Assembly: GCA_002269645.1 (NCBI GenBank)
Contig: NIVC01000903.1
Location: 334,459 to 398,458 of the forward strand
Direction of reading: 5' to 3'
From: Macrostomum lignano
Taxonomy: Eukaryota
DNA length: 64,000 nucleotides
This document shows, piece after piece, positions 1 through 13,318 of the stretch; position 1 is the stretch's first letter, and the number at the start of each line of letters is the position of its first letter. The translations under genes and the position numbers were made by a program. The notes beneath the pieces are model-generated. The model was not told the origin of the DNA, made no database searches, and worked only from the letters and a program-made list of their open reading frames with translations.

Positions 1-200
1 AACTCACTCATGAACTCACTCATGAGCTCACTCATGAACTCACTCATAAACTCACTCATGAGCTCACTCGTGAACTCACACATAAACTCACTCATGAACT
101 CCTCATATACTCACCCATGAACTCGCTCATGAACTCGCTCATGAACTCACTCATGAACTCACTCATGAACTCACTCATGAACTCACTCATGAACTCACTG
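1..200. repeat. 12-bp minisatellite (AACTCACTCATG)n, continuing from before the window
   Basis: Tandem unit visible directly; ORF 92..283 (SEFM repeats) is its translation. Confidence 0.95.
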
Positions 201-844
201 ATGACGCACAATTCAAACCGAAAATTTTTATTATTCCTGGTCACCTGTGTACTCATCACCTCACTCTCCAGCAATCTAACCATTTAGTTTCTGGCAGAAG
301 TACTTTTATTGTTTCAACGTGGCCTACTGGCATTCAGATTGTCTGAACGTTTCTGTTTTTTTTCTCAGCTCTCACACCGGCCGCGCCACACCGGCTCTGC
401 GGGGGAGCCCATGGCAACAGCCAGCTAATTTGCCCTATTAACCGAACCAATGAAAGCCCTTGCAATCACTCTCAACCAGACCCATGTGGGTCGCATTGGT
501 AATTGCAGCATTATGATGTCGCTGAAGTGTGGGATCTAAGCTACCAGTATAGACTGTACAGCTAGGCAAACTGTGTGCTAAGCCAGCTGCTGGTGGTCGC
601 ATCTTTAGCCGACAGTGAGAGCGTTGGAAGTGGGAAAAGAGATGCCTGCTTTGTTGGGAAACTCAACTAGAAAAAGTAGGCAAAAATGTGTTTCAAAAAT
701 TGAGTAGAAAAAATTTACGTGAATGCAATGAAAGAACATTCTGCATCGATGTGTTGAAATGCTGCAAGCCGTACTGTGAATTTTAACTGCATGAAATATT
801 GTGGAATATCCACATCATAAATCAACTTTCAATTCCCTTTCTCA

Positions 845-2222
845 ACCCCAGATCCCTATCCCAGATCCCTATCCCAGATCCCTATCCCAGATCCCTATCC
901 CAGATCCCTATCCCAGATCCCTATCCCAGATCCCTATCCCAGATCCCTATCCCAGATCCCTATCCCAGATCCCTATCCCAGATCCCTATCCCAGATCCCT
1001 ATCCCAGATCCCAATCCCAAATCCCAATCCCAGATCCCTATCCCAGATCCCTATCCCAGATCCCTATCTCAGATCCCTATCCCAGATCCCTATCTCAGAT
1101 CCCCATCCCAGATCCCTATCTCAGATCCCCATCCCAGATCCCTATCCCAGATCCCCATCCCAGATCCCTATCCCAGATCCCCATCCCAGATCCCTATCCC
1201 AGATCCCTATCCCAGATCCCTATCTCAGATCCCCATCCCAGATCCTATCTCAGATCCCCATCCCAGATCCCTATCCCAGATCCCCATCCCAGATCCCTAT
1301 CCCAGATCCCTATCCCAGATCCCTATCTCAGATCCCCATCCCAGATCCCTATCTCAGATCCCCATCCCAGATCCCTATCTCAGATCCCCATCCCAGATCC
1401 CTATCCCAGATCTCCATCCCAGATCTATTCCTAGATCCACATCCCAGATCCACATCCCAGATCCACATCCCAGATCCATTCCTAGATCCACATTCCAGAT
1501 CCACATCCCAGATCCACATCCCAGATCCATTCCTAGATCCACATTCCAGATCCCTATCTCAGATCCCCATCCCAGATCCCTATCCCAGATCCCCATCCCG
1601 GATCCACATCCCAGATCCACATCCCAGATCCATTCCTAGATCCCCATCCCAGATCCCTATCTCAGATCCCCATCCCAGATCCCTATCCCAGATCTCCATC
1701 CCAGATCTATTCCTAGATCCACATCCCAGATCCCCATCCCAGATCCCCATCCCAGATCCACATCCCAGATCCACATCCCAGATCCATTCCTAGATCCCCA
1801 TCCCAGATCCCTATCTCAGATCCCCATCCCAGATCCCTATCCCAGATCTCCATCCCAGATCTATTCCTAGACCCACATCCCAGATCCCCATCCCAGATCC
1901 CTATCCCAGATCCCCATCCCGGATCCACATCCCAGATCCACATCCCAGATCCATTCCTAGATCCACATTCCAGATCCACATCCCAGATCCACATCCCAGA
2001 TCCACATCCCAGATCCACATCCCAGATCCATTCCTAGATCCCCATCCCAGATCCCTATCTCAGATCCCCATCCCAGATCCCTATCCCAGATCTCCATCCC
2101 AGATCTATTCCTAGACCCACATCCCAGATCCCCATCCCAGATCCCTATCCCAGATCCCCATCCCGGATCCACATCCCAGATCCACATCCCAGATCCATTC
2201 CTAGATCCACATTCCAGATCCC
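845..2222. repeat. 13-bp minisatellite (CAGATCCCTATCC)n with variant units and a ~244-bp higher-order block in the distal half
   Basis: Tandem unit visible. The variant CTATTCCTAGACCCAC recurs at 1861 and 2105. Confidence 0.95.
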
Positions 2223-2651
2223 TGCTACGGTTGCAGCTTCAGCCTATCCCAGTCTATTAGATATCGAACTCACCCTTGAGCATAGCAAGATTCGTGAGCG
2301 TGACAGATCAAAACGACCGGTTTCCTTTCAGCCTCGAGCCCGGCTAGCATAGAACATCGGGTAGTTACGGCGGCCTGCACGAGAGCCCCTGGCAACGGCT
2401 GCTGCTCATGTCAGTTGCTTCCGGACTTGAAGGTCCGACATTTTCGGCCTCGGGGGATATTTTTATATCGCCAGTTGATTGTGGGCCACGTCTCCAGAGT
2501 GATACCGATTTGCACTTTCCAGAGCATAAAAAAAGAAAGAGACTGGCTCTGAAACTCGAAAAGTTCTGAGCCTGTGTGGCCTCTGCAGCAAGATTGAAGT
2601 GCCTTCAGGTACAAGGGACCATGGACTGGGTCAGTCATGCAGCTTAGCACT

Positions 2652-3111
<460 letters not shown>

Positions 3112-4424
3112 GTGAGATGAGAAGTGCATAAGCGGTGGAAGAGTGCCCAGCAAGAGCTGAAGAGAATGCATAGATAGAGCAGGGAAGGGCATCAGCTGGA
3201 GCCTGGGGGGGGGGACGACAAAAGCAGTGTGTTTTACAACCCATCATTTGTTTTCTCGCAGCCGATACCTAAAAGCAGAACGGAGTGAAGCGACGACAGA
3301 GAAGTATGATAAAAAGCCACAGATGGTTTTCGCTTCGAAGAAGCAGTCACAGGGGGGAGTGAGACAGCTGAGATGGGGTCGATGGGGAAAGAGGGAAGAT
3401 TGTCTGGATAAGCCACTGATTATTTCCTGAGGGGAAGGTTGCACAAGCGCCACTGTGTATTTTTGATACACACATTGGCACTGAAGCACCTTTGCACTGC
3501 TGGCGCCTTAGCAGAATTCACTGAGTCACCGCTCCCCCCATGAGAGTATTCACAGCCTATACAGAAGCTCCAGCGACCCGTGAGGAAGGTGCATTAGTTT
3601 AAAATTTTGGTTCGGCAAGATAAAAAAGCCAGAACGCATTGAAAATAAACAGGTGAAAATTCATAATTGAATCGGAGAGAGAAAGAGAGAGAGAGAGCAT
3701 ATTTCAGTGAATTGTGAGTGGATGAGAGTTGAACCGATTGAACTCATTGAATGGATCAGGAATCCAGTACTTCACAGGCTGTATGCAATAATTTGTTCCC
3801 AGTGGAATAGTAAGCAGTATATTCTAATCATATCCGCCAAACCTGTCCGATCCTAGCTCGCATTTCATGAATACAGCTTATAAAGATTTCTTAGATAGCT
3901 GAGGTTAACAAAAAAGTATGCCTTAGGGCTGGACTATAAGAAGTTCAGGTAAGACACGGTAGAGCATTAGCTCATTAAATATTAATTATCCCGTTGTTTC
4001 GTCTGCATAAGAAACGTTTCAGGGCGGCATGAGGTAAGCCAACAATCCAGCATTAGCGTTCTAAAGTCCTTGGGCTCAGGCTGCAGGTGGAGACCAGTAA
4101 TTATCATAATTTATTCAGCTCTTGAGACAGCTCGAGTCTGAGGCAATTAAAAGCGGCCGTCAGGTTCCCCTCCCCCCCCTGCTATTCAGAACTCCCCTCC
4201 TAGTTCTGTTTTTTTTTCAGGTGGGCTTTTAGTGTTGCAGCACTGGGACACGAGTTGGTGAGAAGTTTTGCTGCATAAGTACAGCTTGAGACAGACAGGC
4301 CGGCTTCAACTGGGAGGCTCTGTTTTACCTGGGCCTCTTCTGCTCCATGTGCAATTATAGATACTAAAATGGGATACTTTCCATAAAATTACAATACAGC
4401 TCAGCATATCAGCTTCAGTACTCA

Positions 4425-5203
4425 ATACTCTTCAGTACTCAACTCACTTCAGTACTCAACTCACTTCAGTACTCAACTCACTTCAGTAATAAACTCACTT
4501 CAGTACTCAACTCACTTCAGTAATAAATTCACTTCAGTACTCAACTCACTTCAGTACTCAACTCACTTCAGTACTCAACTCACTTCAGTACTCAACTCTC
4601 TTCAGTACTCAACTTACTTCAGTACTCAACACTCTTCAGTACTCAACTCACTTCAGTAATCAACTCACTTCAGTACTCAACTCACTTCAGTACTCAACTC
4701 ACTTCAGTACTCAACTCACTTCAGTGCTCAACTCACTTCAGTGCTCAACTCACTTCAGTACTCAACTCACTTCAGTGCTCAACTCACTTCAGTACTCAAC
4801 TCACTTCAGTACTCAACTCACTTCAGTACTCAACTCTCTTCAGTACTCAACTCTTCAGTACTCAACTCACTTCAGTGCTCAACTCACTTCAGTGCTCAAC
4901 TCACTTCAGTACTCAACTCACTTCAGTGCTCAACTCACTTCAGTACTCAACTCACTTCAGTGCTCAACTCACTTCAGTACTCAACTCACTTCAGTGCTCA
5001 ACTCACTTCAGTACTCAACTCACTTCAGTACTCAACATTCTTCAGTACTCAACTCACTTCAGTACTCAACTCACTTCAGTACTCAACTCACTTCAGTAAT
5101 CAACTCACTTCAGTACTCAACTCTTCAGTACTCAACTCACTTCAGTACTCAACATTCTTCAGTACTCAACTCACTTCAATACTCAACTGACTTCAGTACT
5201 CAA
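4425..5203. repeat. 17-bp minisatellite (CAGTACTCAACTCACTT)n
   Basis: Tandem unit visible. Confidence 0.95.
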
Positions 5204-5472
5204 GGATTTTATCCGGAACAGTTTTGAGAGGGAATATTGCACACAAGCCTGTCTCAAAGCAAGTTCTGCGAGCCAGTGCGAAGTAAATTAACGACATGAG
5301 GCCAATGCCAGAACACGAGTTCCACCCCGATTGCTGGTCTGAGGGAGCCTGCATCTTCTCCATCATCTTTCACGCCCTCTCAAGCCTGTCTGGCTTATGC
5401 AGGCGCATGGCCAACCTTCAGCCAGCAACTCTTTTTCGAGAAAAAGTCGGACAGGGAAAAGTGTAGGGAGAG

Positions 5473-5630
5473 ATGAGTGAATTGTGTTTCCTTGCGGTTT
5501 GCATTGGAACTTTTTTCATTCTTTGCGCGTGTGACGGAGAGTGCAATATAGGAATATATATTATAATTGAGCCCTCTCTGTCAATTCAACAGCAGTGCGG
5601 ACACCTGCTGCAGCTGCGAGGGTTAAGTCG
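5473..5630 (+). CDS. Possible first exon(s) encoding a signal peptide (MSELCFLAVCIGTFFILCACDG...) of the downstream PPxY membrane protein
   Basis: ATG followed by a hydrophobic stretch, and a donor-like G|GTTAAG at ~5631 just before a minisatellite. The exact splicing to 6746 is not resolved. Confidence 0.3.
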
Positions 5631-5636
5631 CTGGTG

Positions 5637-5978
5637 CAGGCGCCCCTGGTGCTGGCGCCCCTGGTGCTGGCGCCCCTGGTGCTGGCGCCCCTGTTGCTGG
5701 CGCCCCTGGTGCTGGCGCCCCTGGTGCTGGCGCCCCTGGTGCTAAAGCCCCTGGTGCTAAAGCCCCTGGTGCTGGCGCCCCTGGTGCTAAAGCCCTTGGT
5801 GCTAAAGCCCCTGGTGCTAAAGCCCCTGGTGCTAAAGCCCCTGGTGCTAAAGCCCCTGGTGCTAAAGCCCTTGGTGCTAAAGCCCCTGGTGCTAAAGCCC
5901 TTGGTGCTAAAGCCCCTGGTGCTAAAGCCCCTGGTGCTAAAGCCCCTGGTGCTAAAACCCCTGGTGCTAAAGCCCCTG
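5637..5978. repeat. 15-bp minisatellite (GCCCCTGGTGCTGGC changing to GCCCCTGGTGCTAAA)
   Basis: Tandem unit with a directional variant switch along the array. Confidence 0.95.
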
Positions 5979-6244
5979 TTTTCGATGCTATTTTACTGCA
6001 CTTTATTCTCCGCTTCTCTGTATGAAATCCCTCGTGTGCCAGCTGAGCACATCGTGAAAGACAAAGCGATCTTATTTTGCCTAGCTGCATAATTTCTCAA
6101 CTGGACCGTGTCAGCGCGCGCTGAGCTCCTGAACTAACAGGGGGGAGCCATAAAATACTATCATTATTCTACTGGCCACAAAATGCTACTATTAGTAATA
6201 AAAACAAACAGAGATTTAGGTATAAGAGAAATAAATATTCCTAT

Positions 6245-6365
6245 TGCGCGGCGCCTGTGGCGACATCGTCCCACAACCAGCAGATATTGTACGCAATCGC
6301 GCTCACACAGGGTGCACAGCTGCCCTTCACCGCGCACGGAATCGAACCAGGGATCGTGGCTCCAC
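6245..6365 (-). mobile_element. Fragment of a tRNA-derived SINE-like repeat
   Basis: Shares ACGGAATCGAACCAGGGA (6336-6353; reverse complement contains the B-box GGTTCGATTCC) and GGCGACATCG with the copy at 15140-15405. Confidence 0.45.
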
Positions 6366-6745
6366 TTTTCTCTGGAGAAATATCTGGGCGCTCATATTGA
6401 GAATTTGAGCATAGGACATTTAGCTTGTAAAAAAGGCGAAAGAAAAAATATACGCCAGACTCCGAGAGAGTACGCAGTACAGTGTAAACAATCTCTAGGT
6501 AAACGGCCGTATTGTGCCATTGCTCAAGCAGAGACGGGTTAGAGAGATGGAGCAGCACAGAGTCCAATGAGATTTCTTTAAGCCCATATTTGCTATGCTT
6601 TACTTAACCCAACACACCATATTCAGCATGCTGAGAGTACAGATGAGTGGCGCAGGCTCTCGGGGTATATGACACTGGCTCAATTGCTCTGAGCTCATCC
6701 ACTAAGCCTGTTGCTACCGAGTTAGTTTCTATCCATCCAAACCAG

Positions 6746-8107
6746 CTGAATCTGCCTTCTCTGAGCATGGAGACTTGGGCGTAAGTTTAAAATTTATATC
6801 TCTGCTATGAGTACTTTCATTAGAGAAATCTTTGGGGAAATGTGATGGAGACGTACTAGTCATGCTAGAAGCAGGAGTGACCTAGACGGTGACCTATAGT
6901 CATGCTGGATAGGAAACAGGAGGGACCTAGATGGTTACCTACAGTCATGCTGGATAGGAAACAGGAGTGACCTAGACGGTTACCTACAGTCATGCTGGAT
7001 AGGAAACAGGAGGGACCTAGATGGTTACCTATAGTCATGCTGGATAGGAAACAGGAGGGACCTAGACGGTTACCTATAGTCATGCTGGATAGGAAACAGG
7101 AGGGACCTAGACGGTGACCTGTAGTCATGCTGGATACGAAACAGGAGTGACCTTGACTGAGATCTGTGGAGTGAAAATTTCTGAGACTCATATCAGGCGT
7201 CTAAGTGCATAATTTGCAATAAGTACAATATTTACCATTATGAGTGCAATCAATCGCTCCCATGTGTCAACTCCCAAACCCGCTGGCACCCAGCATCGCG
7301 GTCATAGTGGTTGGCTCTGTGTTCGGCTTACCTCTGCTGTTCGTTCTGGTCATGGGGGTGATCGCATGTTGCATCGGCTGCGTCGAGTGCAAGAAGGCGT
7401 TCTGCGGCGGCGGGAAGCCTCAGAACAGGCGGCGAGGCGCCGTGGCGCCAACGGGTAAGCGGCCTAGAATATCTAGCCAATTATAGCGATAAGAGACCGG
7501 TTTAGATAAGAAAACAGTCAGCCAAGCTACCCAATTTCTATTGGTCCTAATTACAGCCAATCAGCAATGAGAGAGTAATAGATAAGAGAGAAAACAGTCA
7601 GCCAAGCTACCCAATTTCTATTGGTCCTAATTACAGCCAATCAGCGATGAGAGAGTAATAGATAAGAGAGAAAACAGTCAGCCAAGCTACCCAATTTCTA
7701 TTGGTCCTAATTACAGCCAATCAGCGATGAGAGAGTAATAGATAAGAGAGAAAACAGTCAGCCAAGCTACCCAATTTCTATTGGTCGGAATTGCAGCCAA
7801 TCAGCAATGAGAGAATGGAAGAAAATGTATGCTGTATATTAAAGGTAACCAATAATATTCAGTTAGGCAAATCAATAGCCAATCAGAACGAAGAATCGCA
7901 GTTTCCTCTGCAAAAATCATTCTAGGCCAGTTTGCTATGCAGCCGCCGAGCTACTCGGAGTCTAACCCGCAGCGCCAGCGCGGCCCCTACCCGCAGGCGC
8001 CTACCGCCGACTTCATGATGTCGAACACGGCGTATCCGCCGCCGCCGCCATACGAGCCTCCGACCTCCGGTCAAGGAGCAACGGCTACAGAGCAACCGCG
8101 TTACTAA
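6746..8107 (+). CDS. Small single-pass membrane protein with a Cys-rich juxtamembrane cluster and PPSY/PPPY motifs (WBP1/VOPP1/Shisa-like architecture). Exons 6746-6780, 7294-7454, 7926-8107; 5' end incomplete
   Basis: Canonical AG/GT sites with matching phases give LNLPSLSMETWAIAVIVVGSVFGLPLLFVLVMGVIACCIGCVECKKAFC...GQFAMQPPSYSESNPQ...AYPPPPPYEPP...QPRY*. AATAAA at ~8117. Confidence 0.8.
6855..7150. repeat. 45-bp intronic minisatellite, ~6 copies
   Basis: Unit AGTCATGCTGGATAGGAAACAGGAGGGACCTAGATGGTTACCTAC. Confidence 0.95.
7505..7812. repeat. 80-bp intronic tandem repeat, ~4 copies, rich in CCAAT boxes
   Basis: GATAAGAGAG recurs at 7581, 7661 and 7741. Each unit has CCAATTTCTATTGG and AGCCAATCAG. 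Confidence 0.95.
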
Positions 8108-8469
8108 TGGGATGTTAAATAAAACTCGACTGCTCTCTTTAATCCAACAGATTTGTCTTGAAAACTATTTTTCACAGAATTTTTACAAGCATGGCAGTCA
8201 TACCCGTTCCGCTGATCCCTGAGCATGCACACGGATTATTAATATTGTTAGCTTCTGAATGCTCAAAAGCGGATTTTTTAGAATCCGGTTACTTACAGCA
8301 ATCAATGCTTTCTGTACAAATTTCGGCAATCTTAAAACCGCCTGGCTACTTTTAGTAGTCAAGAATCTAAATTTATCGATAAATTGTATCAATAAGCTAT
8401 ATATTAATAATAGATGACACTATTGACTTCCAAATAGATCATTTCAGAATGAGAAGACACACTTGTGAA

Positions 8470-9638
8470 TACACAAGTGTGACACAATGCTGTGATACAC
8501 AAGTGTGACACAATGCTGTGATACACAAGTGTGACACAATGCTGTGATACACAAGTGTGACACAATGCTGTGATACACAAGTGTGACACAATGCTGTGAT
8601 ACACAAGTGTGACACAATGCTGTGATACACAAGTGTGACACAATGCTGTGATACACAAGTGTGACACAATGCTGTGATACACAAGTGTGACACAATGCTG
8701 TGATACACAAGTGTGAAACAATGCTGTGATACACAAGTGTGACACAATGCTGTGATACACAAGTGTGAAACAATGCTGTGATACACAAGTGTGACACAAT
8801 GCTGTGATACACAAGTGTGACACAATGCTGTGATACACAAGTGTGACACAATGCTGTGATACACAAGTGTGACACAATGCTGTGATACACAAGTGTGACA
8901 CAATGCCATGATACACAAGTGTGACACAATGCTGTGATACACAAATGTGACACAATGCTGTGATACACAAATGTGACACAATGCCATGATACACAAGTGT
9001 GACACAATGCTGTGATACACAAATGTGACACAATGCTGTGATACACAAATGTGACACAATGCTGTGATACACAAGTGTGACACAATGCTGTGATACACAA
9101 GTGTGACACAATGCTGTGATACACAAATGTGACACAATGCCATGATACACAAGTGTGACACAATGCTGTGATACACAAGTGTGACACAATGCTGTGATAC
9201 ACAAGTGTGACACAATGCTGTGATACACAAGTGTGACACAATGCTGTGATACACAAATGTGACACAATGCTGTGATACACAAGTGTGACACAATGCTGTG
9301 ATACACAAGTGTGACACAATGCTGTGATACACAAGTGTGACACAATGCTGTGATACACAAGTGTGACACAATGCTGTGATACACAAGTGTGACACAATGC
9401 TGTGATACACAAATGTGACACAATGCTGTGATACACAAGTGTGACACAATGCTGTGATACACAAGTGTGACACAATGCTGTGATACACAAGTGTGACACA
9501 ATGCTGTGATACACAAATGTGACACAATGCTGTGATACACAAGTGTGACACAATGCTGTGATACACAAGTGTGACACAATGCTGTGATACACAAGTGTGA
9601 CACAACGCTGTGATACACAAATGTGACACAATGCTGTA
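8470..9638. repeat. 26-bp minisatellite (GTGACACAATGCTGTGATACACAAGT)n made of two related 13-bp halves
   Basis: Tandem unit visible; it explains the three 400-aa minus-strand ORFs. Confidence 0.97.
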
Positions 9639-11100
9639 GATGAGTTGAAATTGAACATATATTCAAAATTTTCTCCATCTGTTTTTCCAAAATATTAGCA
9701 TTTTGCATTAAAAATTTTGCATTCCTACTACTAGTAAGCGTGTGAAGATATTTTCATTCTCTTGGATCGGAAAATGCCAAACTGTAGCCAAATATTTCAA
9801 TACTATAGAAGAGTATGGAGACTCCGACAGCACAAAAAAAGTGTGTTCGAGCTTCGAGTCCAGAGGAAAAGCAGGGATGAAGCGCAATGAGGCGCGCCGG
9901 GAGCCTGGGATACTCCCGAATAGGATTCTCCGAGCTTTGGGGGGGGGGGAGCTTGCGGGTGTTAACTGGCCATCAATAACAGAGCGCTTTGCATAGCAAA
10001 TGAGGGCCCCGGCCTGAGCTCCGGTCCTGGGGGTTTTGTTGCCGGACCTCAAGTCGTCTGTCGGGTCTGCTCGGAGACGGAAGGAATCCCGGGAAGTCAG
10101 AGGGTTGAGGGCAGCAGCAGCAAAGGCATCGGCGAAGCATTTGCAATTTAAATTTACGACACATCTCTCCTCCCCTGAGCGAGCGGCGGCGGCGGCCGCT
10201 GCGGCACACACAACACACGCGCGCGCGCAACACACCGATTTTGGCATTCGCGAAACTGTTGAACAGATTGCCGCGGGCTCTGTTTGACAAATGCCCAAGG
10301 TGGCCCAGCATCTCCCATGAGCTCAGGGCGCAGAATATTTCCCTCCTCTATTCTATCTCTCCGCGATCGCCGCTACCCCCCCCCCCACGGGAGAGGCCGG
10401 GGGTCACAGCGCTGGGGATTTGGGCTGAGCCGAGTTTTGTGCGACTGGGGAAATGGGATTTCTCGGGGATAAGATGGGATAGATTACCAGGGGGGGGGAC
10501 AGTCGGGGTTAGACGTTGGGGATGGAGAAATTGAGAGAGGGAAAAAAGCTGAACAGTCATGATGGGATAACAACGTCCAGGATTTATCCTCCTTCTCAGC
10601 GCGCTTGCTGGAATTTCTTCCGAATCCCCCTTTTTCTGTCTGTCTGTCTGTCTGTCTAAATACGAAAAATAAAGCAGCCAGTGGTGCCGGCTGTGCCCTC
10701 CATCTCCTATCTCAGATCCCCAGCTCCAGCTCCCTTGGCCGGCGCTAAGAGTTTGCGGTGCCCCCCCCCCCCAAGGCGAAGGCCTGATCGAAATTGGCAC
10801 TTTGGCTCATTCTCCATGGGAGGCCCATACAGAATCTTCTAGCGTGTCCCCGCCCCAGCCGCCGCCTGACTTTTCATCAGCTCCGCTCCTAACTCAATCA
10901 CCTGCTGCCCCGTCGCGCCACTGCGGCCTCCCGCCCAGCTTCCTGATGCAATTATTTCCCGATAACACCCGGAGGGCGGCCGGCAATCTTCTAATTATCC
11001 GCAAATCTGTCTGAGCAGCGCTGGCAGGATTTCGACTCCCAATTTCTGGATCTTCTGCGGCGCCGCCTTCCACCCTCTTAACACCCTGGTGACTTGATTT

Positions 11101-11172
<72 letters not shown>
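11101..11172. repeat. (CT)n microsatellite
   Basis: Direct observation. Confidence 0.99.
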
Positions 11173-11174
<2 letters not shown>

Positions 11175-11734
11175 TTTGGAGTGACTCCCCCCTCACGAGG
11201 CGGGAGATAAGCAAGACTGGATGAGAAGTCGAAAGATGAATAATGAGAAGAAGATTGATAAAAATGGGGAGAGCCGAAGCGGCAGCAGCAGCGACAGTTT
11301 TTGCCTTGAATGAAATCTTCTGCTTTTGCGACGAGGTTAATTCCTTCTGCCGCCCAGTCCAGATTTCGGTTCACGCGCCCCTGGGGGGGGGATGACGAGC
11401 CCAAAGGAAAATTGGTTGACGGCAAAGCAAAAGCACTGAAAGAGAGGTGGCGACGAGAGAAAAGGTAGTGGCTGGGCGGGCGAGTCAAAGGCTTAGCGAC
11501 CTGAGCCTACGCAACATTGAAAGCGGCGCTGCGAAGGGCCGATTTAAGGCGAAGCCTCTTCAAAGGGGAATCGGCTATCGGAAATGAGCGAGGAAAGTAG
11601 GGGCTTATTAAGGCATTAGCGGCCACTGATTCTCTGCCTTTTGTGTGCTCACAGGCAGCTCTGCAGATGGGAACAGGGTGGGATCTTTGAGATTCTCAGT
11701 AGATACAGCGCGATCCATGAGATTCCCAACGATT

Positions 11735-12830
11735 TATGAGATCCTCAACAATCCATGAGATTCTCAACACCATCCATGAGATTCTCAACACCATCCATGA
11801 GATTCTCAACACAATCCATGAGATTCTCAACACCGTCCATGAGATTCTCAACACCATCCATGAGATTCTCAACACCATCCATGAGATTCTCAACACCATC
11901 CATGAGATTCTCAACACCATCCATGAGATTCTCAACACCATCCATGAGATTCTCAACACCATCATGAGATTCTCAACACCATCCATGAGATTCTCAACAC
12001 CATCCATGAGATTCTCAACACCATCCATGAGATTGTCAACACAATCCATGAGATTCTCAACACCATCCATGAGATTCTCAACACCATCCATGAGATTCTC
12101 AACACCATCCATGAGATTCTCAACACCATCCATTAGATTCTCAACCATCCATGAGATCCTCAACAATCCATGAGATTCTCAACACCATCCGTGAGACTCT
12201 CAACCATCCATGAGATTCTCAATACCATCTATGAGATACTTAATGCCATCCATGAGATTCTCAACACCATCCATGAGATTCTGAACAATCCATGAGATTC
12301 TCAACACCATCATGAGATTCTCAATACCGTCCATGAGATTCTCAACACCATCATGAGATTCTCAATACCATCCATGAGATTCTCAACACAATCCATGAGA
12401 TTCTCAACACAATCCATGAGATCCTCAACAATCCATGAGATTCTCAACAATCCATGAGATTCTCAACACCATCCATGAGATTTTCAACACAATCCATGAG
12501 ATTCTCAACTCCATCCATGAGATTCTCAACACCATCCATGAGATTCTCAATACCATCCATGCGATTCTCAACACCATCCATGAGATTCTCAACAATCCAT
12601 GAGATTCTCAACAATCCATGAGATTCTCAACACCATCCATGAGATACTTAACACCATCCATGAGATTCTCAACAATCCATGAGATTCTCAATACCATCCA
12701 TGAAATACTTAACACCATCCGTGAGATTCTCAACAATCCAGATTCTCAACACCATCCATGAGATCCTCAACACCATCCATGAGATTCTCAACACCATCCA
12801 TGAGATTCTCAACACCATCCATGAGATTCT
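11735..12830. repeat. 21-bp minisatellite (CCATCCATGAGATTCTCAACA)n
   Basis: Tandem unit with indel variants. Confidence 0.95.
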
Positions 12831-13318
12831 CAAATATTATAAGAGTCTCATGAGTATGATCCACAGATGACGGACTTCTCAAACGCCAAGCTAAACTTCA
12901 TCATTGGCCCTAAACTGGTCTATTGAGTCTCTAAAGTGGCTTTATTCTCTTGATCATCCCCCAGTCTCTCAGTCCCTGATGAGGCCTTCCAGCCTCCGTT
13001 ATCCACTGTTGCATCTAGCGATAAGACAGAGAGAAAGGGGCCAGGGTGTGGTGTGCTCAACTTTAGAAGAAACTGCCCAGCGGAAATCAGTGAGCCGAAG
13101 CAGCAACAGCAGCATTCCCATCCCCAGAACTGGACACTTAATTTCGAATTCCGAGATCCGCTCTGAGATACGCTGAGACCAACAGCCTCCACTCCCCCTG
13201 GCTCGTCTAGGCATTGTGCAGCTCAACTCAGCGTTCTCTTGCCGTCAGTTTCTTTTTGCTGAGGAATCTCGACACAAATTTAAACAACGCTTAAAACAGT
13301 TTCTTGTAAACTCAACTA

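Noticed and set aside
369-428. Possible terminal exon after a TTTCTCAG acceptor
   Set aside because: Only ~19 codons with no recognisable homology.
8404-9708. 400+ aa Cys/His-rich ORFs; similar long ORFs at 799-1793, 2644-3247, 4724-5227, 11696-12173, 22515-23922, 40156-40846 and 42252-42737
   Set aside because: They are translations of stop-free tandem repeats, open in several frames or on both strands, and several lie inside introns.
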